Source: an uncultured Candidatus Rokubacteria bacterium (GTDB taxonomy: Bacteria > Methylomirabilota > Methylomirabilia > Rokubacteriales > DASRDR01). From it: a DNA stretch of 64,000 bases. Positions within the stretch are counted from its first letter, which is position 1. Each line of letters begins with the position of its first letter. The DNA is taken from NCBI GenBank assembly GCA_963826115.1, contig CAWGVS010000005.1:192001-256000 (forward strand), read 5' to 3'. Below the pieces are notes generated by a model. The model saw only the letters and a program-made list of their open reading frames with translations. It searched no databases and was not told the origin of the DNA. Position numbers and translations under genes: made by a program. Shown in pieces: positions 38,496-48,078 of the stretch.

Positions 38496-40216
38496 TATAG
38501 CTCCGATTCCTCGCGGGTCACCCGGAGGACCTCGTCGACGGTGGTGACGCCCTGACAGCACTTGTTCCACCCGTCCTGGCGCAGCGTGGTCATCCCGTCG
38601 GCGACCGCGCGCTGGCGGATCTCGTGCCCCGGGATCTTGCGGAGCGTGAGCCCGCGGAGCTCCTCGGTCATGGTCATGAACTCGTAGATCCCGGTGCGCC
38701 CTCGATACCCGGTGCCGCGGCACTCGTCGCAGCCGGTCCCGCGCGACAGCTGCGCGCCGGCCGGGAGCCGGTCGACGCCGAGCGCCCGCAACTCGCCCGC
38801 GTCGGGTTCGTAGGGCTTGCGGCAGGCCGCGCAGATCAGCCGCACGAGCCGCTGGGCCAGGACGCCCTCGAGCACGGAGACCACCAGGTACGGCTCCACG
38901 CCCATGTCGAGGAGGCGCGTGAGCGCGCCGGGCGCGTCGTTCGTGTGGAGGGTGGAGAACACCAGGTGGCCGGTCAGCGCGGCGTGGATGCCGATGTCGG
39001 CCGTCTCCAGGTCCCGGATCTCGCCGACCATGATCACGTCGGGGTCCTGACGGACGATGTGCCGGAGCCCGGCCGCGAAGGTGAGGCCGATCTTCGGCTT
39101 CACGTGGATCTGGTTCACCCCGCGGAGCTGGTACTCGACCGGATCCTCGATCGTGATGATCTTCTTGTCCGGGGAGTTGATCTTGTCGAGCGCGGCGTAG
39201 AGGGTCGTGGTCTTCCCGGAGCCGGTCGGCCCCGTCACCAGCAGCATCCCGTGCGGCAGCGCGATGATGCGCTCGATCGCCCGCCGCGCGCGCCCCTCGA
39301 ATCCCAGGCCGTCCAGCGGCATCAGGATCGCCGCGCGGTCGAGAATCCGCATGACCACGCTCTCGCCGTGGAGCGTTGGGATGGTGGACACGCGGATGTC
39401 GAGCCGGCGGCCCTCGAGGCCCATGCGGATGCGCCCGTCCTGTGGGAGTCGCCGCTCGGCGATGTTCAACTCCGCCATGATCTTGATCCGCGAGGTGACG
39501 GCCGCCCGGAGGCGCTTCGGCGGCGTCTCGGCGTCGAAGAGCACGCCGTCGATCCGGTACCGGACGCGGAGGCTGTCCTCGAACGGCTCGATGTGGATGT
39601 CGGAGGCGTTGGCCTTGATCGCGTTCTCGATCAGGAGGTTGACGAGGCGGACCACCGGCGCGTCGAACGCCATGTCCCGGAGCGAGGTGACGTCCTCGCC
39701 GGTCCCCTCGTCTCCGCGCTCGTCGTCCTCGATGGTCTCGATGACCTTCTGGACCGCGGTGGAGCCAGCGCCGAAGTATCGGTCGACCGCCTCGAGGATC
39801 GAGGCCTCGGTCGCCGCCGCCAGCCGCACGTCGAGCCCGAGCGCGCCGCGCAGCTCGTCGACGACGGTCGGGTCGGTCGGGTCGGCGCACGCGACGACGA
39901 GGATCCCGTCCTCCACCGACAGGGGGCAGAAGCGGTACTGCCGCATGTACTGGGGCGACAGCCGCTGGAGGAACGGCGGACTCGTGGGGAACTCGTCGCG
40001 CCCGACGTAGGGGATCTCGAGGTGGCGGGCCAGCGCCTGCGCGACCTCTTCCGCGCTGGAGAGCCCGAGCCGCACCAGCGTGTCGGGCAGACGCTCACCA
40101 CTCGACTGGCGGTGTGCCTCGGCCCGCGCCAGCTCTGCCTCCGAGAGGAGGCCGGTTCCGGTCAACCATCGTCCGAAGGACGGGGAATGGCGGGAATCCA
40201 TAGGGTTGCCGATCAC
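38495..40216 (-). CDS. gspE: Type II secretion ATPase E
   Basis: ASDIHIEP, GPTGSGKTTTLY, RQDPDVIMVGEIRD, CxxC...CxxC; start 40216 or 40201. Confidence 0.95.
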   Translation of the reverse strand: MIGNPMDSRHSPSFGRWLTGTGLLSEAELARAEAHRQSSGERLPDTLVRLGLSSAEEVAQALARHLEIPYVGRDEFPTSPPFLQRLSPQYMRQYRFCPLSVEDGILVVACADPTDPTVVDELRGALGLDVRLAAATEASILEAVDRYFGAGSTAVQKVIETIEDDERGDEGTGEDVTSLRDMAFDAPVVRLVNLLIENAIKANASDIHIEPFEDSLRVRYRIDGVLFDAETPPKRLRAAVTSRIKIMAELNIAERRLPQDGRIRMGLEGRRLDIRVSTIPTLHGESVVMRILDRAAILMPLDGLGFEGRARRAIERIIALPHGMLLVTGPTGSGKTTTLYAALDKINSPDKKIITIEDPVEYQLRGVNQIHVKPKIGLTFAAGLRHIVRQDPDVIMVGEIRDLETADIGIHAALTGHLVFSTLHTNDAPGALTRLLDMGVEPYLVVSVLEGVLAQRLVRLICAACRKPYEPDAGELRALGVDRLPAGAQLSRGTGCDECRGTGYRGRTGIYEFMTMTEELRGLTLRKIPGHEIRQRAVADGMTTLRQDGWNKCCQGVTTVDEVLRVTREESEL

Positions 40217-40273
40217 GACTCGGCATTGGATACGTTACCGGAGAGGTCGAGGGCCCGGCAAGGAACATGTCCC

Positions 40274-40312
40274 TTGACAGCTCCCGCGGCTGTATTGCAA
40301 CGTGTTTGCAAT
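40274..40312 (+). promoter_or_regulatory. Promoter with palindromic metal-regulator-like operator upstream of ZIP transporter
   Basis: TTGACA 40274-40279; perfect ATTGCAA-CGTGT-TTGCAAT at 40294-40312. Confidence 0.6.
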
Positions 40313-40335
40313 GAAGGCGCGGGGGGGTCTCCGGC

Positions 40336-41082
40336 GTGTCGCCGCGTGAGCTGTCCCTCGTCCTGGGTGTCGTGGCGGGGCTGGCCGACGTCGTGGGCGG
40401 CGGCCTGGTCGCCGGCCGCCGCCACTGGGACCGGACCTTCCTCCAGTACTTCCTCGCGCTGGGCGCCGGCTTCATGCTCGCCGTCGCGTTTCTGCGAATG
40501 GTCCCTGAGAGCCTCGAGAAGGGGTCGCACCTCTATCTCTACGTCCTGATCGGCTACTTCGTGGTGCACCTGACCGAGCACACCCTCACGCCGCACTTCC
40601 ACTTCGGGGAGGAGGTCCACCACGACGCCCTGGTGCACCCGGCCGTCGGGTACCTGGGTCTGGCGGGGCTCTGTATCCACACGTTCTTCGACGGCGTGGC
40701 GATCGCGTCGGGCTTCCAGGTGAGCCGGCCGCTCGGCTTCATCCTGTTCGGGGCCGTCCTGCTCCACAAGCTTCCCGAGGGGTTCGCGGTCGGCTCGCTG
40801 ATGCTCGCCTCCGGCGCCTCGCGGCGGGCGGCGGTGCTCGCGTCGGGCGTGCTGGGCCTGTCCACCGTCGCCGGCGTGGTGTTCCTGAACCTCTTCAGCG
40901 GGATCGTCGGCCAGGCGCTGGCGCTCTCCGCCGGCGTCACGATCTACGTCGCCGCGTCCGACCTCATCCCCGAGGTCAACAAGGAGCGGAGCTGGGGCGT
41001 GGCCCTGGCCGTCTTCGGTGGCGTTCTCCTCTACTACGTCGCGGAGTCGGTGCTGGAGGCCGCGGGCCTCCACGGGCACTGA
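40336..41082 (+). CDS. ZIP family divalent metal transporter
   Basis: HFHFGEEVH loop, HTFFDG, LHKLPEG, SDLIPE. Confidence 0.9.
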   Translation: MSPRELSLVLGVVAGLADVVGGGLVAGRRHWDRTFLQYFLALGAGFMLAVAFLRMVPESLEKGSHLYLYVLIGYFVVHLTEHTLTPHFHFGEEVHHDALVHPAVGYLGLAGLCIHTFFDGVAIASGFQVSRPLGFILFGAVLLHKLPEGFAVGSLMLASGASRRAAVLASGVLGLSTVAGVVFLNLFSGIVGQALALSAGVTIYVAASDLIPEVNKERSWGVALAVFGGVLLYYVAESVLEAAGLHGH

Positions 41083-41102
41083 CGGCGGCCCTCGCGCGCA
41101 CC

Positions 41103-41879
41103 ATGCGCGTGCGGGTCGACGCGGTCTCGAAGGTCTATCCCGCCCCCGCGGGGAAGAGTCTGGTCGCGCTCGAGGACGTCTCGCTGGACGTCGGGGACGG
41201 CGAGCTCGTCACGATCCTCGGGCCGTCGGGCTGCGGGAAGTCCACGCTGCTCCAGATCGTTGCGGGCCTGGAGCCGCCCACCCGCGGCCGCGTGGTGTTC
41301 GACGGGGCGCCCGTGGGCGCCCCCCGGACCGCGGTCGTGTTCCAGGAGCACGCGCTCTTTCCCTGGCGGACGGTCCGGGACAACGTCACGTTCGGTCTCG
41401 AGGTCCGGGGTGTCCCGGCCGCCGAGCGAATCGCGGCGTCCCGGCGGCTGCTCGATCTGGTGGGACTCGAGGCGTTCGCCGATCGCTACCCGCACCACCT
41501 GTCGGGCGGCATGCGTCAGCGCGTGGCCATCGCCCGGGCGCTGGCCGTCGAGCCGGCCCTCCTCCTGATGGACGAGCCGTTCTCCGCGCTCGACGCCCAG
41601 AGCCGCGCGCTCATGCAGCTCGAGCTCCTGGCGCTGTGGGAGCGGACGCGCCGGTCGATTCTCTACGTCACGCACCAGATCCAGGAGGCCGTGCTCCTGG
41701 GCGACCGCGTGGTGGTGATGACGCGCCGGCCCGGGCGGATCCTCGCGGTGCGCCCGGTCCCGCTGTCGCGGCCGCGCGACGAGCGCACGATGCTCGACCC
41801 CGCCTTCGTGTCGCTGGTGGACGAGTGCTGGCAGCTCATCAAGCAGGACGCGCGCGACGCGCTCAGCGATGCGCCCTGA
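41103..41879 (+). CDS. ABC transporter ATPase (nitrate/sulfonate/taurine type)
   Basis: GPSGCGKST, LFPW, LSGGMRQR, LLMDEPF. Confidence 0.9.
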   Translation: MRVRVDAVSKVYPAPAGKSLVALEDVSLDVGDGELVTILGPSGCGKSTLLQIVAGLEPPTRGRVVFDGAPVGAPRTAVVFQEHALFPWRTVRDNVTFGLEVRGVPAAERIAASRRLLDLVGLEAFADRYPHHLSGGMRQRVAIARALAVEPALLLMDEPFSALDAQSRALMQLELLALWERTRRSILYVTHQIQEAVLLGDRVVVMTRRPGRILAVRPVPLSRPRDERTMLDPAFVSLVDECWQLIKQDARDALSDAP

Positions 41880-42681
41880 CGCCGGCCCGCCGGTCGTGTA
41901 CGAGCCCGCGCCGGCGCCGCCGGCGCGCCCCGCGTGGTTCCTCGGTGGGCTGGCGCTCGCGGCGGTGCTCCTCCTGTGGGAGGCGGTGGCGCGCCTCGGC
42001 TGGGTGCCCGCCCTCTTCCTCCCGGCACCGACCGCCGTCCTGGCCGAGGCCGCGCGCATGGCGCGGAGCGGCGAGCTCGGCCGGCACGTCGCCTTCTCGC
42101 TCGCGAGGGTCGCGAGCGGCTTCGTCCTCGGGGCCGCCGTCGGGACGGGGCTCGGCGTCCTCCTCGGGTCGTCGCGCGTCCTCTGGGCGCTCGTGAACCC
42201 GCTGGTCGCCGCGACGTATCCCATCCCGAAGATCGCGCTCCTGCCCCTGATGATCCTCTGGCTCGGCATCGGCGAGACGCCGAAGGTCGTGATGATCGCC
42301 CTTGGCGTGTTCTTCCCGGTCGTCATCAACGCCTACGCGGGGGTCCGCGGCACCGACCCGCTCATGGTGAAGGCGGCCAAGAGCCTCGGCGCCGGCCCGT
42401 GGCAGATCGTCCTGAAGGTGGTCCTGCCGTCGGCTCTCCCGACGATCCTCGCGGGTTACCGCGTGGGCACCGGGATCGCGCTCCTGCTCGTCGTGTCGGC
42501 GGAGATGGTCAACGCGACGTCGGGCATCGGGTTCCTCATCCTCAACTCCGGAGATCTCATGCTCACCGGCAAGCTGATGGTGGGCCTCGCCGTCCTGTCG
42601 CTCCTCGGGGTCGCCAGCACGTCGGGCCTCCGGGCGCTCGAGGCGTGGCTCGCGCCGTGGAAGGAGGACGGGCGCGGCTGA
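41869..42681 (+). CDS. ABC transporter permease (SsuC/TauC type)
   Basis: PIPKIALLP, EAA-like loop KAAKSLGA, multiple TMs. Confidence 0.9.
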   Translation: MRPDAGPPVVYEPAPAPPARPAWFLGGLALAAVLLLWEAVARLGWVPALFLPAPTAVLAEAARMARSGELGRHVAFSLARVASGFVLGAAVGTGLGVLLGSSRVLWALVNPLVAATYPIPKIALLPLMILWLGIGETPKVVMIALGVFFPVVINAYAGVRGTDPLMVKAAKSLGAGPWQIVLKVVLPSALPTILAGYRVGTGIALLLVVSAEMVNATSGIGFLILNSGDLMLTGKLMVGLAVLSLLGVASTSGLRALEAWLAPWKEDGRG

Positions 42682-42795
42682 CCGGCCGGCGCCGCGGGTG
42701 CGCTCGTCGCCCTGTGCTAGTCTCCGATGGAGCGGCCCGTGGGACGACTCGGATCGTCCGCGGGGGAGCGAAGGCGGCCTTCGGAGGGACACGAC

Positions 42796-43239
42796 ATGAC
42801 GGGGATCCTGGTGCTTCACGGCCCCAACCTGAACCTGCTCGGCACCCGCGAGCCCGGCGTGTACGGGACGACGACGCTTGCCGAGGTGAACGCGGCAATT
42901 GCGGCCCACGCGGCGTCGCGCGGCGTCCGGGTGGAGTGCCGGCAGTCGAACCACGAGGGCGCGCTGATCGACGCGATCCAGGGGGCCGCCGGCCAGGGTT
43001 TCGCGGCCATCGTCATCAACCCCGGCGCCCTCACGCACTACTCGTACGCCCTCCGCGACGCCATCGCCGGCGTTTCCGTGCCGGTGGTCGAGGCGCACCT
43101 CTCGAACGTCCACGGCCGGGAGCCCTTCCGTCACCGGTCCGTCACGGCCGGAGCCTGCCGGGGCCAGATCGCGGGATTCGGCGTCCACAGCTACACCCTG
43201 GGGCTCGACGCGGCGCTGGCCTGTCTCCCCCGGGGCTGA
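42796..43239 (+). CDS. aroQ: Type II 3-dehydroquinate dehydratase
   Basis: [39 protein letters not shown]. Confidence 0.95.
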   Translation: MTGILVLHGPNLNLLGTREPGVYGTTTLAEVNAAIAAHAASRGVRVECRQSNHEGALIDAIQGAAGQGFAAIVINPGALTHYSYALRDAIAGVSVPVVEAHLSNVHGREPFRHRSVTAGACRGQIAGFGVHSYTLGLDAALACLPRG

Positions 43240-43343
43240 ATGCGCGGCCCGCTCCGGGAGTCTGACGAGGTGAGGGGGGCGCGGACTCGGCGGCCCCTGG
43301 TGATGGGGCGCCAGCCCACCCGGCGTCCCGCCGGGTCGGCCTC

Positions 43344-44567
43344 GTGACCGAGGACGACCGCGAGGCGGTCCGGCGGGTCCAGGCCGGCGACACCGAGGCC
43401 TTCGAGCCCCTGGTCGAGAAGTACAAGCGGAAGGTGTTCCGGCTGGCCTACCAGGTGCTCCGGGACCAGGAGGAGGCGCTCGATGTCGCCCAGGAGGCCT
43501 TCGTCAAGGCGTTCCGCGCCTTGCCGGCCTTCAAGGGCGACTCGGCGTTCTACACGTGGCTGTTCCGCATCACGATGAACGTCGCGCTCGACCGGAAGCG
43601 CCAGCGGACGAGCCGCGCGAAGTCGCTCGGGACCGAGGACGTGCCGCCGGAGGAGTGGGAGCGCACGGCGGCCTCGACCGACCCGGATCCCGAGGACGTG
43701 GCCATGAGCGCGGAGCGCCGTGAGCGCATCCGGAAGGGGCTCGATTCCTTGTCAGAGCATCACCGAACGATTATCATCCTCAGCGACATCGAGGGGCTTC
43801 AGTACCGCGAGATCGCGGAGGTGCTCGGCATCCCGATGGGGACCGTGATGTCCCGCCTGCACCACGCGCGGAAGCGCCTACGCGACGTCCTGGGCTCGGG
43901 TTTCGCGCTCGTCCTGGCGGCGCTCGGGCTCCTCGTGGCGACGGGGGTCGCCCGCGCCCAGATGCCCCCGCTCCCGCCGCCGGGAGTGCTCCCGCCGCCA
44001 GCGACGGCCCAGGGTGGCGCGCCTCCTCAGCAGGTCTGCGTCTACGCGCTTGTCGTCTACGCGTCGAACCCGCCGCCGGGGGTCGTGCGGCCTGGCGCGT
44101 TGCCCGGCGCGCCGCCGCCGGGAAGCGCGATCGCGCCCCCGCCCGGGGTGGCGCCCAGGCTCGGGTTCGCACCGACCCCGGACCTCGCGAACCCCGCTCC
44201 GCCGGGAGGGTCGCCACTGCCGCCCGAGCTCCAGAGCGGCTGCGGCCAGCCCGTCCGACTCCAGCTCTGGGTGCCGCGCTTCCATCAGGTGTTCCAGTAC
44301 TCGCACTACGAGCCGGTGAGCGCCTTCGAGACGCGCATGCCCGTCGGCATGGTGCAGCGCTTCGCGCTGCCCGGGGGGCGCGAGATGGAGATCCAGCCCC
44401 TCGGCGTGCGGCACCCGATCGTCAGGATCCTGGTGCGCATCAAACGCGGGGCGGTCGGCGAGCTGGCGACGGTCATGGACGTCCCGCCCCGGCGCCCTGC
44501 GATGATCGGCGGGCTCCCGCACGAGTCCGGCGTCCTGATCATCGCGATCCGTTCCCGCGAAGAGTAG
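43344..44567 (+). CDS. ECF sigma factor fused to TM helix and Pro-rich C-terminal domain
   Basis: sigma2 (DVAQEAFVKAF, FYTWLFRI) and sigma4 (YREIAEVLGIPMGTVMSRLHHAR), then FALVLAALGLLVATGVARAQ and about 200 more aa. Confidence 0.85.
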   Translation: MTEDDREAVRRVQAGDTEAFEPLVEKYKRKVFRLAYQVLRDQEEALDVAQEAFVKAFRALPAFKGDSAFYTWLFRITMNVALDRKRQRTSRAKSLGTEDVPPEEWERTAASTDPDPEDVAMSAERRERIRKGLDSLSEHHRTIIILSDIEGLQYREIAEVLGIPMGTVMSRLHHARKRLRDVLGSGFALVLAALGLLVATGVARAQMPPLPPPGVLPPPATAQGGAPPQQVCVYALVVYASNPPPGVVRPGALPGAPPPGSAIAPPPGVAPRLGFAPTPDLANPAPPGGSPLPPELQSGCGQPVRLQLWVPRFHQVFQYSHYEPVSAFETRMPVGMVQRFALPGGREMEIQPLGVRHPIVRILVRIKRGAVGELATVMDVPPRRPAMIGGLPHESGVLIIAIRSREE

Positions 44568-44620
44568 CGCCGCCCTCCGCGGCGCGGGCCGCGCCCGGCC
44601 CCCGTGCTACCATGCCGGGC

Positions 44621-46144
44621 GTGAGCGAGCGGCGTCTCCGTGACGAGATCGCGCGCGTCCGGCAGGGCAACGTCAGGTACCGCGACAAGCTCCGCGCGGA
44701 AGGCAAGCTCTTCGTCCGCGACCGCCTGAACCTCCTCCTCGATCCTGGCACCGAGTTCCAGGAGGACTGGCTCCTCGCGCGGTCGGCGGAGCCCGAGACG
44801 CCCGCGGACGGCGTCGTCACCGGGGTGGGGACGGTGCTCGGCCGGCCGGTCTGCGTGATGGCCAACGACTTCACGGTGAAGGCCGGCTCCTGGGGCGAGA
44901 AGACGGTCCAGAAGATCGTTCGCATCCAGGAGAAGGCCGCGCGCCTCCGGATCCCGCTGGTGTATCTCGTCGACGCGGCGGGCGCGCGCATCTCCGAGCA
45001 GATCCGCATCTTCCCGGGGCGCCATCACGCCGGCCGCATCTTCTACAACGAGGTGCAGCTGTCGGGCGTCGTTCCTCAGGTCTGCGTCCTGTTCGGCCCG
45101 TCGCCCGCGGGCTCGGCCTATCTCCCGGCGCTGACGGACGTCGTGATCATGGTCGAGGGCAAGGCCTCGATGTACGTCGGCTCGCCGCGGATGGTCGAGA
45201 TGGCGATCGGCGAGAAGGTCGACCACGAGGCGCTGGGCGGCGCCCGGATGCACTGCGAGGAGTCGGGCTGCGGCGACGTCCTGGCGAGCTCCGACGAGGA
45301 CGCCATCGCGATCGCGCGCCGCTACCTCGGGTACATGCCGCAGAGCCACCGGGAGCGCGTCGCGGACGCCGCGCCCGCGGAGCCGGAGCCCGGCCGGCCC
45401 ATCGACGACATCGTGCCCTACGACCAGCGGAAGTACTTCGACGTGCTGGAGCTGATCCGCGGCCTCGTGGACGCGGGCTCGTTGCTCGAGATCAAGGCGC
45501 TCTTCGCGCGCGAGGTGGTGACGGGCTTCGCCCGCCTGGGCGGGCGCGCGGTCGGGATCGTCGCCAACCAGCCAAAGGTCAAGGGCGGCGTCCTCTTCGT
45601 CGACTCCTCCGACAAGGCGGCGCGGTTCATCTGGCTGTGCAACGCGTACAACCTGCCGATCGTGTACCTGGCCGACGTCTCGGGCTTCATGGTCGGCTCG
45701 AAGGTCGAGCGGGCGGGGATCATCCGCCACGGCGCCAAGATGATCTTCGCGACCTCGCAGGCCAGCGTGCCGAAGATCTGCGTCGTGGTGCGCAAGTGCT
45801 ACGGAGCCGGCCTCTACGCGATGTGCGGCCAGGCCTTCGAGCCCGAGGCCGTGCTGGCGCTGCCCCAGGCGCAGATCGCGATCATGGGCGCCGAGCCCGC
45901 GGTGAACGCGGTCTACTACAATCGCATCATGGAGCTCGAGGGCGAGGCGCGCACAGCGTTCGTCCGGGAGCGCCGGGAGGAGTTCCAGAAGGACATCGAC
46001 GTCTTCCGGCTCGCCTCGGAGATGCTGGTGGACGCCGTGGTTCCCCCGTCCGAGCTCCGCGCCGAGCTGATCCGGCGCCTCGGCTACGCCGTCAGCAAGC
46101 AGCAGCGCTTCCCGCCTCGGCGGAACGGCGTCTATCCCGTCTGA
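44621..46144 (+). CDS. Acyl-CoA carboxylase carboxyltransferase (beta) subunit
   Basis: PADGVVTG, NDFTVKAGSWG, LGGARMH, GIVANQP, GFMVG...GIIRHGAK; start 44612 or 44621. Confidence 0.92.
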   Translation: MSERRLRDEIARVRQGNVRYRDKLRAEGKLFVRDRLNLLLDPGTEFQEDWLLARSAEPETPADGVVTGVGTVLGRPVCVMANDFTVKAGSWGEKTVQKIVRIQEKAARLRIPLVYLVDAAGARISEQIRIFPGRHHAGRIFYNEVQLSGVVPQVCVLFGPSPAGSAYLPALTDVVIMVEGKASMYVGSPRMVEMAIGEKVDHEALGGARMHCEESGCGDVLASSDEDAIAIARRYLGYMPQSHRERVADAAPAEPEPGRPIDDIVPYDQRKYFDVLELIRGLVDAGSLLEIKALFAREVVTGFARLGGRAVGIVANQPKVKGGVLFVDSSDKAARFIWLCNAYNLPIVYLADVSGFMVGSKVERAGIIRHGAKMIFATSQASVPKICVVVRKCYGAGLYAMCGQAFEPEAVLALPQAQIAIMGAEPAVNAVYYNRIMELEGEARTAFVRERREEFQKDIDVFRLASEMLVDAVVPPSELRAELIRRLGYAVSKQQRFPPRRNGVYPV

Positions 46145-46209
46145 CGGCGCATGAGCGACCGGGCGGTTCCCGGAGCCTCCCGATCGCGGTCGCCCCGCGC
46201 GCCTCGCCG

Positions 46210-46962
46210 ATGAACCCGCTGGGCGGCGCGCTGGTCGCGTTCCGCTACCTCACCGTCCTGCCGCTCCCGAAGAGCCGCGCGCCGGGCGACCTCGGCCGCG
46301 CGGCGGGCTGGTTTCCCGTCGTCGGCCTCGGCGTCGGCGTGTGCCTCGCGCTCGGCTCGCTCGCGGCGGACCGCCTGGTGCCGCCGGGCGTCGGGGCCAT
46401 GCTTCTGATCGCGCTCTGGGCGGGGCTGACGGGCGGCCTTCACCTCGACGGGCTCGCCGATACGTTCGACGGCCTCGGCGGCGGCTGGTCGCGCGAGCGC
46501 GCCCTCGCGATCATGCGGGACGCGCGGAGCGGGCCCTTCGGCGTCATCGCGATCGCCCTCGTGGTGGGCTTGAAGGCGACGACGCTCGCGAGCCTCCCGG
46601 AGGGCCTCGCCTGGAAGGCACTCGTGCTCGCGCCGGTCGTCGGGCGGGCCGGGCCGCTCCTGCTCGTGCGGCTCTGTCGACCCGCGCGCCCCGACGGCGC
46701 GGGGCACGCGCTCGCGGCCGGTGTCCGGTGGCCGTCGCTCCTCGCAGGCGGGCTCTTCGCCCTCCTGGCGTCGATCGGGATCCTCGGATGGTGGGGCGCG
46801 CTCGCGCTCGTCGGCGCGAGCCTCTTCGCGTGGGCCTGGGCCGCGTACCTCCGGCGGCGGCTTGGCGGATTCACGGGGGACACGCTCGGCGCGCTCGTCG
46901 AGGTCACCGAGGCCTTCGTGCTGACGCTCGCCGTGAGCGTCGATTTCCTGGAGCTCGCCTGA
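46210..46962 (+). CDS. cobS: Adenosylcobinamide-GDP ribazoletransferase
   Basis: TGGLHLDGLADTFDG, IMRD..SGPFG, GGFTGDTLGA. Confidence 0.92.
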   Translation: MNPLGGALVAFRYLTVLPLPKSRAPGDLGRAAGWFPVVGLGVGVCLALGSLAADRLVPPGVGAMLLIALWAGLTGGLHLDGLADTFDGLGGGWSRERALAIMRDARSGPFGVIAIALVVGLKATTLASLPEGLAWKALVLAPVVGRAGPLLLVRLCRPARPDGAGHALAAGVRWPSLLAGGLFALLASIGILGWWGALALVGASLFAWAWAAYLRRRLGGFTGDTLGALVEVTEAFVLTLAVSVDFLELA

Positions 46963-47618
46963 TGGCCTCGACCTGGGTCTACCTGGCTCGCCACGGCGAG
47001 GTGCTCCACGCCGCGGAGGGCCGCTTCTTCGGCCACACGGACATCGCGCTCTCGCCGGCGGGGCAGACCCAGGCCGCGGCGCTCGGGCGCCGTCTCGGGG
47101 CGGAGCCGATCGACGCGGTCTACGCGAGCGACCTCACGCGCGCGCGGGAGTCCGCCGCGCCGCTGGCCGCGGCCCGCGGCACGGACGTGGTTCCGGTGGC
47201 GCCACTCCGCGAGATGGCGATGGGGCGCTGGGAGGGGCTCACGTTCGCCGAGATCCACGCACGTGAGCCCGAGCTGTGCGCCCGGTGGCTCGCCGATCCG
47301 TTCGCGATGCCGTTTCCGGAAGGGGAGGGCGTGGCCGATCTCCACGCCCGCGCCGTGCCGGCCCTGCGGGACGTCGTGAGCCGGCACGCCGGCCACCGGA
47401 TCGCCGTGGTCGGACACGGCGGGACGAATCGCGTCATCCTCGCCGACGCCCTCGGGCTGCCGCTCCAGAACATCTTCCGCCTCGGCCAGGACTACGCTGC
47501 CTGGAGCCTGATCGAGTACCGCGACGGCGGGGCGGTCGTGCACGCCCTGAACCAGCGACTGCCCGACGCGCCGGGGGCGCCCCCGGTCGAGTCGACCCTT
47601 TCGCGGCGGGGCGCCTGA
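46962..47618 (+). CDS. cobC: Histidine phosphatase, alpha-ribazole phosphatase-like
   Basis: RHGE, SDLTRA, LREMAMGRWEG, GHGG; directly after cobS. Confidence 0.75.
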   Translation: MASTWVYLARHGEVLHAAEGRFFGHTDIALSPAGQTQAAALGRRLGAEPIDAVYASDLTRARESAAPLAAARGTDVVPVAPLREMAMGRWEGLTFAEIHAREPELCARWLADPFAMPFPEGEGVADLHARAVPALRDVVSRHAGHRIAVVGHGGTNRVILADALGLPLQNIFRLGQDYAAWSLIEYRDGGAVVHALNQRLPDAPGAPPVESTLSRRGA

Positions 47619-47986
47619 TGACCGAGGCGATGCGCGTCGACAAGTGGCTGTGGGCCGCGCGCTTCTACAAGACCCGGAGCCTCGCGCAGACCGCGTGCGA
47701 CGGAGGCAAGGTCGACGTCAACGGCCAGGCCGCCAAGCCGTCCCGGACGATCCGCGCCGGGGACCGGATCCACCTCACGCTGGGCGAGTGGCGGCGCGAG
47801 CTGGTGGTGAAGGCCCTGTCGGAGCAGCGCGGCCCCGCCACGCAGGCCCGAACGCTCTACGACGACCTCTCGCCGCCCCCGCCGCCCCGGCCACTTCGCC
47901 CGCCCAAGGCCGTCGTCCGCGCGCCCGGCCTCGGCCGGCCGACCAAGCGCGAGCGGCGGCTCCACGACCGCATCCGCGGCTCCTGA
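47618..47986 (+). CDS. hslR: S4-domain ribosome-associated heat shock protein Hsp15
   Basis: MRVDKWLWAARFYKTRS, GRPTKRERR. Confidence 0.9.
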   Translation: MTEAMRVDKWLWAARFYKTRSLAQTACDGGKVDVNGQAAKPSRTIRAGDRIHLTLGEWRRELVVKALSEQRGPATQARTLYDDLSPPPPPRPLRPPKAVVRAPGLGRPTKRERRLHDRIRGS

Positions 47987-48078
47987 GCGGGGCTCCGGTT
48001 GGCGGATGCGGCCCGGGCCCCGGTCTGGTACCGTGGGAAACCGGTGATCGACGCTGACACCCTTTCGGAGAGGAGCTC

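Noticed and set aside
46144-46210. Cobalamin riboswitch before cobS
   Set aside because: The gap is only about 65 nt and has no B12-box
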